Assembly: GCA_037381445.1 (NCBI GenBank)
Contig: JARRQT010000034.1
Coordinates: 1-17,236 of the forward strand
DNA length: 17,236 nucleotides
Direction of reading: 5' to 3'
DNA from: Calditrichia bacterium
Lineage (GTDB): Bacteria > Calditrichota > Calditrichia > RBG-13-44-9
Of the stretch, positions 7,804 to 15,828 are shown piece after piece. The notes under the pieces are model-generated. The model worked only from the letters and a program-made list of their open reading frames with translations, was not told where the DNA came from and made no database searches. The first letter of the stretch is position 1. Every line of letters begins with the position of its first letter. The position numbers were made by a program, and so were the translations under genes.

Positions 7804-8856
7804 TTAGATAAGATCCGGAGTTTCCTTGAGGACAACCCGTTTTTCCAGTTCCATCAGTACATCGCGCAAATCAATGTTTCCCATGCACCCCTCCACGCAG
7901 CGCCCGCAGCCGGTGCAGGCCTGCAGACCGAAATTGGTAACGAAGGAATTGAACTTATGGTAAAAACGGTTTTTAAACCGTTCGGCCAGCCGCAAGCGAG
8001 GCGTCAATCCTCCCGCCATACGGGAATACCCCCCGAAGAAGCACGAATCCCACACTTTAATGCGTTCGAATTTATCCTCAACAGGCTGGTCATACATCAA
8101 AAAGCAGTGGCAGGTGGGGCAGATTTGCGTGCAGGTCCCGCATTCCACACAGGTTTTGCTCAGTTCTTCCCAGATTCCGGAATCGAGATGCCGTTCGATG
8201 GAATGTTTGTGATCTTCAAAATAGCTATATTTCTCATTTTGTTTTTCCACCTGCTCGGTAACCATTTCCCGCTGCCTCTCCCGTTCCAGTATCATGGAGT
8301 CCGGGGCCTCCTCCAAATTTATAAAACTGGATTCCAGAATTTTTTTCCCTTTTTCCGAACAGATTTCAATCAGAAGAAGCCCATTGATTTGAGACAGGTT
8401 CAGGTCAAAATCCGCTTTGGGATAAGGCTTATAATTCATCAGTGTGCAGTAGCAATGGGGTCCGGCGCTGCGGCAGTCGGTTGAAATGATGATATTCTTT
8501 TCCCTCGCTTCCACGTAATATGGCTCGGGGAATTCACCTTCCGCGTATACCTTGTCCATTATTTTCAGGGCGTGAATATCGCAGGCCTTGGGACCGATGA
8601 TGACCACCGGCTGCACCTCATCAGTTGTCTCGGGTCCGGGATATCGGCTGACTTGTTTCAGCGGCGGAGTATAGAAGGTCTTCAACGGCAGTGTTGTCCG
8701 TAAGGGAGGGTAAAACCATAATTCATCCTTCCATCCGTCGCGCGCCACAGGCTCGAAATAATAATGATTTTCAAATTCGATGGGAATGAACAGCGGATAC
8801 TCATGATTGAGTCTGGCAAGGCTGCGGAATAGATTCTCTCTGGAAATCTGATACAT
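7804..8856 (-). CDS. [4Fe-4S] protein (AsrA/HyhB/FlxB-like)
   Basis: IGPKACD, C...CYC, CVECGTCTQICPTCHCF, WDSC, RFKNRFYHKF, CTGCGRCVEGC; RBS GAGG. Confidence 0.9.
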   Translation of the reverse strand: MYQISRENLFRSLARLNHEYPLFIPIEFENHYYFEPVARDGWKDELWFYPPLRTTLPLKTFYTPPLKQVSRYPGPETTDEVQPVVIIGPKACDIHALKIMDKVYAEGEFPEPYYVEAREKNIIISTDCRSAGPHCYCTLMNYKPYPKADFDLNLSQINGLLLIEICSEKGKKILESSFINLEEAPDSMILERERQREMVTEQVEKQNEKYSYFEDHKHSIERHLDSGIWEELSKTCVECGTCTQICPTCHCFLMYDQPVEDKFERIKVWDSCFFGGYSRMAGGLTPRLRLAERFKNRFYHKFNSFVTNFGLQACTGCGRCVEGCMGNIDLRDVLMELEKRVVLKETPDLI

Positions 8857-8925
8857 TCTTACCTCTGATACATGATAAATGATATAATTTCTAATTTATA
8901 TGGAGGTAAAGAGATAAAACATCGT

Positions 8926-9381
8926 TCAGGCGAAATTCAGTCTTTCCAGCAGATACCAGAAATCGTGAATCATGATCGTCATAAGTTTGGAAACTTCCGG
9001 AGAAAGTTCATCTCCCCATTCATTCCATTTGATTCTGAATGCCAGAACTTTCAGGTCATATTGGCGCAGGACCGGGATTTCATGAAACAGCGTTTTGATT
9101 TCAATCCCGTTCATGCCGATAATTCTTATAGAATCATTTATTTCACTAACAGAAAGATAACAGTATTCACCTGCCGGGCAATCCATGAAACCGGAAGAGA
9201 TAAACAGTATTTTTTTCTCTCCTTGGTATAGCGGAATGAGATTCAATATATCGTTGCCGATAGAAATCAACCGGAACGGGAAATTCGAATAATTTTTTTC
9301 CAATTGGCTGACAATGTAAAGCCCTGCTGCTTCATCCTGGAAGCCTGCATTTCCCAAACCAGCAATAAGTGTTGGTCGCAT
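8926..9381 (-). CDS. Hydrogenase maturation endopeptidase-like protein (HycI/HybD family), divergent
   Basis: N-terminal LIAGLGNAGFQDEAAGLYIV motif and C-terminal WGDELSPEV motif; located between two hydrogenase operons. Start placed at ATG 9381 (MRPTL). The usual second Asp and His metal ligands are not recognisable. Confidence 0.75.
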   Translation of the reverse strand: MRPTLIAGLGNAGFQDEAAGLYIVSQLEKNYSNFPFRLISIGNDILNLIPLYQGEKKILFISSGFMDCPAGEYCYLSVSEINDSIRIIGMNGIEIKTLFHEIPVLRQYDLKVLAFRIKWNEWGDELSPEVSKLMTIMIHDFWYLLERLNFA

Positions 9382-9922
9382 GGGATTCTTCCATTTTGAT
9401 TGAATATAGCTCCGCCCCGTCACTTACAGGGGTAGTGAAAAAAGAAAAGAATACAATGAAATTCACAAGCCAGAAAAGATGCAGAGATTCCGGATGACCC
9501 GCTTGCAGCAAGCAACCGGTTTTTAAAAGCACACGACAAAAGACAACATTCTATAAATTCAATCGGATTCTCGGTGAATCCGGTGATTTTTCTTTAATTG
9601 CTTACATAATCGTAAAATGCCAGGTATCTGTATGCAAAACCAGGGTATCTTACATGATGAGGAGTGTGAAAGAGCGGGGAGTGCCGAAAACCGGTCGTGT
9701 TAGCATTATGCTGCCAATCCTTTACCAAATCAGCGGGGAGGGGTGCAGGAGATTCTTTTCGCGTATTTGATGTCGCTTTCTTATCCGATATCAAGAGAAA
9801 GTTCTCTATTTAATTATCTTATTTTATTCGGACAGCCAAGCTGCTTCGTAAAAAATCTCAACAAAATACATAATTCACAATGCAGAAAAAATTAACAATG
9901 CAATTTATTTAACTAAAAATAC

Positions 9923-9940
9923 TTGTTAATTATGTAACAA
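9923..9940. promoter_or_regulatory. Rex-like operator
   Basis: TTGTTAA-TTAT-GTAACAA versus Rex consensus TTGTGAA-N4-TTCACAA. It is near-palindromic and lies just downstream of the putative promoter at 9949-9976. Confidence 0.6.
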
Positions 9941-9948
9941 TTTCCGGT

Positions 9949-9976
9949 AATATATCATTTAAAACTTAAAAATCAA
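9949..9976 (-). promoter_or_regulatory. Putative sigma70 promoter for the protease/group 4 hydrogenase cluster
   Basis: Minus strand TTGATT-16 nt-TATATT with TG one base upstream of the -10 (extended -10). The region is AT-rich, so a chance match is possible. Confidence 0.4.
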
Positions 9977-10017
9977 CAGAAAAAATATTTTGTTAAATAT
10001 TTCATTTAATTTTAAAT

Positions 10018-10053
10018 ATTAGGTTCTGCATGTATAAACATGCAGAACCTAAT
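10018..10053 (-). terminator. Perfect 16-bp inverted repeat downstream of the group 3b operon, probable terminator or stabilising hairpin
   Basis: ATTAGGTTCTGCATGT-ataa-ACATGCAGAACCTAAT, about 30 nt after the large-subunit stop codon. It is followed by AT-rich sequence but has no clear poly-U tract. Confidence 0.65.
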
Positions 10054-10084
10054 CCGGTACATGCCGGAAAAATGAAGTTAATTT

Positions 10085-11386
10085 CTATTTAAATTCTATT
10101 TCCACAAGATGGACGGCGCAGGAGATACAGGGGTCATAAGCGCGGGCAACCATTTCCAGGTTGAGGCGAAGTTTCTCTTCCGGCAGCTTCATGGAGTTTT
10201 CCACTGCGGTACGGAGATCTTTTTCGGTGTTTGCCAGGTTCTGGGCGGTAGGGGTGATAACATCCGCTTCCACCAGAATTCCGTTATCATCATATTCATA
10301 GGAATGATACAATGTACCTCGCGGAACCTCAATGGCGCCGACGCCTTTGCCTGCTTTGGGCGTAATCTTGATGGGCGCTTCCTGCTCAACGCCCTCTTCC
10401 AGCAACTGGTCAATCAAAATGATCGCTCTTTCCAGGGAGTGGATAAGCTCTATCAGTTGAGCGGTATTGTTGTGAAGGATGTTGGTTTCCGGCATATTGG
10501 GCAGCAGCCGTTTCTGGACATCCTGGGCGGCTCCCCGGATATGCTGATAATTAAGGTTTAATCTTGCCAGTGAACCGGTCATGAAAGGCTCATTCGCGAA
10601 CAGGGACTGCTTTGCGTGGGAATGGGAGACGACCCGTTCATGGCAGACCTTTCGATAATCTTCCACGGGAAACTTATCGCCCAAAGAAGTCTGAATGACA
10701 TCACCGAGATAGCTGTAGCGAAGTTCGCGCGGTTCAAGCGCCGTATAGACAGTAGGTGTGGTAGCGAAGTCCGGCAACGGCAGCAGTTTCTCATAGACAT
10801 CCACAGTAACCAGGGCATCTTCAAGACCTTTCTCAATCTGGGATTTCAGATCGATGAGCTGCTGTCGGGTGGGCACCAGACCGAAGCCGCCGATGATGGG
10901 ATTGATGGGATGTACGGCACGTCCCCCAATTAATTCTTGAATGGTATTTCCAAGCTTTTTCAGGCTGAGGGCGATGGACACTTCCCTGGGATACTGGGAT
11001 GCCATGGAGATGACGCCGTCGAAACCCAGCAGGTCGGGCAGGGCAAGGGCATAGACATGAAGTGCATGGCTTTCAATCATGGAGCCGTGCAGCAGGAGGC
11101 CCCGCAGCAGGTAAGTCTGCCTTGACACCTGAACGCCGAATGCTTTCTCCGTGGCCATCTGGGAAGCCAGCAAATGATCGGCGGAACAAATAGCGCAGAT
11201 GCGGCTGACGATTCCGGCAACTTCTTCGTAATGCTTTCCCACCAGAAGTTCTTCATAGAAACGGGACCCCTCGTAGATATCCATGTTGACCTTGGAGATG
11301 GCTCCGTTTTCAATTTCCACATGAATGCCGCCGTGACCCTCAACCCTTCCGAGATGATCAATCGCGATTTTTTTATTTATTTTCAT
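10085..11386 (-). CDS. hyhL: Group 3b [NiFe]-hydrogenase large (alpha) subunit
   Basis: RVEGHG, L1 SRICAICSADH, EVPRGTLYH, TPTAQN, L2 DPCISCAVH plus a 7-aa tail. ATG at 11386 has GGAGG upstream (the ORF track start at 11392 is a TTG). Overlaps the small-subunit stop. Confidence 0.93.
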   Translation of the reverse strand: MKINKKIAIDHLGRVEGHGGIHVEIENGAISKVNMDIYEGSRFYEELLVGKHYEEVAGIVSRICAICSADHLLASQMATEKAFGVQVSRQTYLLRGLLLHGSMIESHALHVYALALPDLLGFDGVISMASQYPREVSIALSLKKLGNTIQELIGGRAVHPINPIIGGFGLVPTRQQLIDLKSQIEKGLEDALVTVDVYEKLLPLPDFATTPTVYTALEPRELRYSYLGDVIQTSLGDKFPVEDYRKVCHERVVSHSHAKQSLFANEPFMTGSLARLNLNYQHIRGAAQDVQKRLLPNMPETNILHNNTAQLIELIHSLERAIILIDQLLEEGVEQEAPIKITPKAGKGVGAIEVPRGTLYHSYEYDDNGILVEADVITPTAQNLANTEKDLRTAVENSMKLPEEKLRLNLEMVARAYDPCISCAVHLVEIEFK

Positions 11387-12155
11387 GCTCAATTTCCTCC
11401 ATTAGTTTTTCCGGCATCCACGCAGGTGCGGCATAAATCTGCATTTTCCTGATAATCTCCTCCGGCTTGATCCCTTTCCGCTCGAACATCTTGACTTCGG
11501 CATCATAATGAACTTCCTCAATGGGGCCATGGCAGCCCGTGCAGGGGACATTGTGCGAGGGACAGCGCGCGCCGCAGCCTGCAACTGTTAAGGGACCGCA
11601 GCAGACTTCATTTTTGTAGACGATCTGGCACACATTCTCTTTCATCTTGCACTCGGAGCATACGGAGAAATTGAGTATCTCCGGTATGTCCCCATGCAGG
11701 AAAGAGGCCATCATCTGCAGGAACTGCTCCTTCTCAATGGGGCACCCGGGCAGATTATAATCCACTTTCACGAAAGAGCTCAACGGCTGGGCCGCCTTGC
11801 TCTCAATGAAACGGACGTTATCGCCGTACACTTCTTCCAGCATTACTTCACGGGGAACCTCATTTTTCATGGCCGGGATGCCTCCCCAGACGGCACAGGT
11901 GCCTAGTGCGACTAATATTTTAGAACGTTGGCGTATCTTTTTCAATGCTTCTATATCACGAACCTGCGCAACGGACCCTTCAACCAGGGCAATATCAAGT
12001 CCTATCTCTTCATTATTCTGGCTTTTTGCCATCTCCCAGTCCTGAATATCTACTGCATTGGCTAAGTCCACCAGATGATCCTCACAATTCAGGATGACCA
12101 GTTGGTCCCCGGCGCAGGAGGTTAATCCGAAAATTCCGACTTTTGGTTTACTCAT
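11373..12155 (-). CDS. hyhS: Group 3b [NiFe]-hydrogenase small (delta) subunit
   Basis: GLTSCAGDQL, VEGSV, GTCAVWGG, LPGCP, VCSECK...C...CCGP...GCGARCP...CTGCHGP; no Tat signal; RBS AGGAGG. Confidence 0.92.
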   Translation of the reverse strand: MSKPKVGIFGLTSCAGDQLVILNCEDHLVDLANAVDIQDWEMAKSQNNEEIGLDIALVEGSVAQVRDIEALKKIRQRSKILVALGTCAVWGGIPAMKNEVPREVMLEEVYGDNVRFIESKAAQPLSSFVKVDYNLPGCPIEKEQFLQMMASFLHGDIPEILNFSVCSECKMKENVCQIVYKNEVCCGPLTVAGCGARCPSHNVPCTGCHGPIEEVHYDAEVKMFERKGIKPEEIIRKMQIYAAPAWMPEKLMEEIEHENK

Positions 12156-12167
12156 TCTCTAATCCTC

Positions 12168-13064
12168 CTAAATCATTTCGGGTAAATTCATCACATCCCA
12201 GTAAGTAAACACAGGACCGTCTGTGCAAACTTTTTTATTACCAATCTCGCAGTGCCCGCATTTTCCGATACCGCATTCCATGCGGCGCTCCAGAGACATC
12301 AGAATGCGGTCTTTCGAGAATCCCATATCCAGGCACTTGCTCAAGACAAATCTGTAGAAAATTGGGGGGCCGACGACCACTGCATGGGTCCTGCGCACGT
12401 CCAGCTCTTTGATATTATCAAACAGATCAGTCACCATGCCGAAATTGCCACGCCATTCCGGCGTTTTGGGTGACAGGGCCGGTTTTTCCACAATCAGATG
12501 GCATTCCGCATCCGAGCGCAGGGATAACGCTTCCAATTCACTGCGGAATAACAGAAAATCGGGATACCGCGTTCCGTACAGCAGGATGATGCGCTCATAG
12601 TCCTGCCGGTTATCCAGCGCGTACAGTAAGATGGAGCGTAACGGCACCATACCCAGACCACCGGCAACGATCAGCAGATTATCACCCTTCATTTCTTCCA
12701 CCGGAAAACCGTTTCCGAAAGGTCCGCGAAGGCCAATCAGGTCGTTGGGTTTCAGATGATAAAGGGCATTGGTGACGCGTCCCGCGCGGCGGATACACAT
12801 CTCGATGACGCCCCGGCGAGTGGGTGTGGAAGAGATGGAGATGGGCGATTCTCCGACGCCCAGCACCGAGACCTCCATAAATTGACCGGGTTTATATTGA
12901 AATTTAGTGTTCAGGTTTGCATCTTCGAAACGGAAACGGAACAGGTGATTGTCCTCCACCATCGGGTCCATGCTGATAATTCTTGCCAGCTCGGGCTTAT
13001 ATGGATTCGTTCCCATTTCGTATGGAAAACACGGCTGGTTCGACAACATTTTATTCGCTAACAT
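12168..13064 (-). CDS. hyhG: Group 3b hydrogenase gamma subunit (FAD/NAD(P)-binding, [2Fe-2S])
   Basis: PGQFM...GVGESPISISS, GLRGPFGNGFP, AGGLGMVPLRS, ERRMECGIGKCGHC...VCTDGPVF; GGGAGG RBS; overlaps the beta-subunit end. Confidence 0.92.
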   Translation of the reverse strand: MLANKMLSNQPCFPYEMGTNPYKPELARIISMDPMVEDNHLFRFRFEDANLNTKFQYKPGQFMEVSVLGVGESPISISSTPTRRGVIEMCIRRAGRVTNALYHLKPNDLIGLRGPFGNGFPVEEMKGDNLLIVAGGLGMVPLRSILLYALDNRQDYERIILLYGTRYPDFLLFRSELEALSLRSDAECHLIVEKPALSPKTPEWRGNFGMVTDLFDNIKELDVRRTHAVVVGPPIFYRFVLSKCLDMGFSKDRILMSLERRMECGIGKCGHCEIGNKKVCTDGPVFTYWDVMNLPEMI

Positions 13065-14091
13065 AGCTGCCCTCCCGTATTTTGGTTAATACTTCCACGA
13101 CATCGATTCCTGCCGGACAGGCATTTATGCAGCGTCCGCAGCCCACACAACTGGGTTCCCCGTACTGCTCAACCATTCTGAATTGTTTATGGTAGTAACG
13201 GTTTTTCACGCGTTCGGCTCGTTCCTCGCGGAAATTGTGACCGCCGGCGACCAGCGCATAATCTTTGAACAGACAGGCATCCCACTGCTTGATGCGACGT
13301 CCGCTTTTGGCATCCAGATTAAGTTCATCATAAATGTTGAAGCAATAGCAGGTGGGGCAGACCATTGAACAACTGCCGCAAGTCAGGCAGCGTTCTCCCA
13401 ACTCTTCCCATATGGGATTTGCCTGTTCCAGGTCGAGAATGTAAGGAAGATCATCAATATCCAGCTTGAGCTGGAAGCTTTCATTCCGCTTTTTCCGAAA
13501 ATCCAGATATTTCTTGCGATGTTCTTCTTCCACTTCTTCGAACAGATGCTGCCGCTCGGTGACAATATCATCACCCAGACTGGTTCCGATGGCCACAAGA
13601 TAATCATCGCCGATATCCGACAACGCCAGATCGAATCCGTCTTCCGTGTAATCCGTATGCATCGATTTGCAGAAACATTTCTCATCGGGCATACAGCTCA
13701 ATCCGATGATGGCGGTATTTCCGCGGCGTTTCGCATAGTACGGATCTTTATATTGTTGATTGAAGACGACATCCAGAATTTTTATTCCATGAATGTCACA
13801 AGGATGTAAACCAAAAAGAATGCGTTTCTTCTCGCCGTCTTCAATGACTTCTTCAAAGCCTTTTTCGACATGAAAATTAAAAATCACTTCTTTTGGTTTG
13901 GTAAGGTACTTTTTGGGGGGGATAATTGTGCGAAGATATTCCCAGGCCATTTCGCGGGGATCGGTCATTACATCGAAAACATACACCCCTTTTTGTTCAG
14001 GTTTTTCTTTGGGAATGATGACTTCGCCAAAATCCCGCAAGCTCGACAGGAATTCTTCCACATTCGCTTTTGGGAGTCTGGTTACTTTCAT
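13051..14091 (-). CDS. hyhB: Group 3b hydrogenase beta subunit ([4Fe-4S], AsrA-like)
   Basis: FGLHPCD, CFC, CLTCGSCSMVCPTCYCF, WDAC, CVGCGRCINACPAGID; first gene of the canonical beta-gamma-delta-alpha order. Confidence 0.92.
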   Translation of the reverse strand: MKVTRLPKANVEEFLSSLRDFGEVIIPKEKPEQKGVYVFDVMTDPREMAWEYLRTIIPPKKYLTKPKEVIFNFHVEKGFEEVIEDGEKKRILFGLHPCDIHGIKILDVVFNQQYKDPYYAKRRGNTAIIGLSCMPDEKCFCKSMHTDYTEDGFDLALSDIGDDYLVAIGTSLGDDIVTERQHLFEEVEEEHRKKYLDFRKKRNESFQLKLDIDDLPYILDLEQANPIWEELGERCLTCGSCSMVCPTCYCFNIYDELNLDAKSGRRIKQWDACLFKDYALVAGGHNFREERAERVKNRYYHKQFRMVEQYGEPSCVGCGRCINACPAGIDVVEVLTKIREGSYVSE

Positions 14092-14103
14092 GCCACTACC
14101 TTT

Positions 14104-14121
14104 CTGTTATAATTTTCACTA
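14104..14121. promoter_or_regulatory. Rex-like operator upstream of the group 3b operon
   Basis: Minus strand TAGTGAA-AATT-ATAACAG, ending 12 nt before the hyhB ATG. Confidence 0.5.
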
Positions 14122-14253
14122 ATTAACTCATGGATATAATCAACAAAATTTGTACCAAATATTTGATTCTTTAAATTCTTTTTAAGAAATAGCTTTGTTT
14201 ACTGAAAATGGTAGTCTTATGTAGAAAATTGTTTATTTGGGGAAGGGAGTAAT

Positions 14254-14271
14254 CGGTGAAATATTTCTCAA
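14254..14271. promoter_or_regulatory. Second Rex-like operator upstream of the group 3b operon
   Basis: Minus strand TTGAGAA-ATAT-TTCACCG. Confidence 0.45.
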
Positions 14272-14306
14272 AAATAAAAAATAAATTATGAATTCTTCTC
14301 TTATTT

Positions 14307-14343
14307 AAGAAAAGCGGAAAACCGGAATTCCGATCTCCCGCTT
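14307..14343 (-). terminator. Intrinsic terminator after the oxoacid oxidoreductase operon
   Basis: Minus strand AAGCGGGAGATCGG-AATT-CCGGTTTTCCGCTT stem (with G-U pairs) running into TTTTCTT, about 10 nt after the stop codon. Confidence 0.75.
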
Positions 14344-14352
14344 ATGTATCAT

Positions 14353-15807
14353 TTAATTTGTTTCTTTTGCCTGTAGCCTGGCCAGTTCCCGGCCGAATTC
14401 ATATCCTTTTTCAATCGCCTGTTTGTTGATTTCAATTAATCTCTGACGGCTGATAATAAAATTCAGGGTTTCGAAAAGTGTTTCTTTGTTGAGCACGTTT
14501 GCATAGCCAACGTACGCACCCAATATTATCATGTTGGCGATACGGGTATTTCCCAGTTCATCCGCCATTTTGGTGGCCGGAATCGCCATAATTTCCACAT
14601 CATTTCTCGACGGTTTAATATCGATCAGCGAAGAATCGTAGATGATCATTCCGCCTTCTTTAACGTCCTTCTCGAATTTTTCCAGTGAAGGACGGTTCAT
14701 CGCTATCAGCACGGAAGGGAATGAAACAACCGGTGATCCAACCGGGGTCTCGGAAATATGAACATGGCAATTGGCCGTCCCGCCGCGCATTTCCGGGCCG
14801 TAGGAAGGAATCCAGGAGACATTATAGCCTTCCATCATTCCCGCCTGCGCCAGGCCCACGCCCAGCAGCAGAATACCCTGGCCGCCGAATCCTGCCGCTT
14901 TGATGGCCGGATTCATATGACGGGCATCCGGAGCTGATTTGGGGAAATGCTTATCGGAGAGCATGGTCAGACCAAGCTGTTCTTTTACCATTTCCGCAGT
15001 GGCCTTTTCACTTTTTACCTGACGTGGCTCGATTTCTTTGGAACGGTCTCGGAAAACGCCCAGAGGAAATACCTTGGTCATTTCTTCTTCAATCCATTTC
15101 AGGGAATCCACAGGATCCATCTTCCAGCCGGAAGGGCAGGGGGAGAGGACTTCCACCAGCGAATACCCCTTGCCGTCGATCTGGTTCTGGATCGCTTTGC
15201 GGACTGCCATTCTCGCCTTGGCCCGATGCTTCACATCGTGCAGCGAAACCCGTTCCAGATAAACAGGGGCGTCCAGGCTGTTGAGCATTTCACAAACGCG
15301 AATCGGACTTCCTTCATTGTAGGGGTCGCGTCCGCGGGGACTGGTAGTGGTTTTTTGACCAACCAGCGTGGTAGGCGCCATTTGTCCGCCGGTCATTCCG
15401 TAAATCGCATTGTTGATAAAAATGACCGTCAGATTTTCGCCGCGGTTCGCCGCATGAATCAGCTCCGCCGTTCCGATCGCGGCCAGGTCGCCGTCGCCCT
15501 GGTAGCTGAGCACCACGCTGTGCGGATGCGCTCTTTTAATACCGGTTGCAACCGCAGAGGCCCGGCCGTGGGCAGCCTGAATGTTGCCCGTATCAAAATA
15601 GTAATATGCGAAAACACTGCAGCCCACCGGGCTGATGATGATCGAATTATCGACCACGCCAAAATCTTCAAGTGCTTCGGCAATAAATTTATGCACATTG
15701 CCGTGGCCGCAGCCCGGACAATAATGTGTGCTTTTTTTATCGGGATTGGGATTCCGAAAGTATTCATCATAAAATGCATTCGATTTTACCCATGATGTTT
15801 TTGCCAT
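14353..15807 (-). CDS. vorA: 2-oxoacid:ferredoxin oxidoreductase fused beta-gamma subunit (VorA-type)
   Basis: Beta domain: YCPGCGH, PVGC, TPP motif GDGDL...NNAIYGMTGGQ, SPCP. Gamma domain: AGFGGQG, SYGPEMRGG, NMIILGA. Confidence 0.9.
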   Translation of the reverse strand: MAKTSWVKSNAFYDEYFRNPNPDKKSTHYCPGCGHGNVHKFIAEALEDFGVVDNSIIISPVGCSVFAYYYFDTGNIQAAHGRASAVATGIKRAHPHSVVLSYQGDGDLAAIGTAELIHAANRGENLTVIFINNAIYGMTGGQMAPTTLVGQKTTTSPRGRDPYNEGSPIRVCEMLNSLDAPVYLERVSLHDVKHRAKARMAVRKAIQNQIDGKGYSLVEVLSPCPSGWKMDPVDSLKWIEEEMTKVFPLGVFRDRSKEIEPRQVKSEKATAEMVKEQLGLTMLSDKHFPKSAPDARHMNPAIKAAGFGGQGILLLGVGLAQAGMMEGYNVSWIPSYGPEMRGGTANCHVHISETPVGSPVVSFPSVLIAMNRPSLEKFEKDVKEGGMIIYDSSLIDIKPSRNDVEIMAIPATKMADELGNTRIANMIILGAYVGYANVLNKETLFETLNFIISRQRLIEINKQAIEKGYEFGRELARLQAKETN

Positions 15808-15828
15808 TCTATCACCTCTTTGCTGAAA

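Noticed and set aside
6923..8856. Anaerobic sulfite reductase (asrAB) or Hdr-Flx assignment
   Set aside because: No siroheme AsrC and no hdrABC genes are in the window, so only family-level similarity is supported.
9594..9794. 66-aa minus-strand ORF in the leader (also 9332-9532)
   Set aside because: The 9594-9794 ORF starts at TTG without a convincing RBS, and neither ORF has a recognisable motif. They are covered under the unexplained-leader finding.
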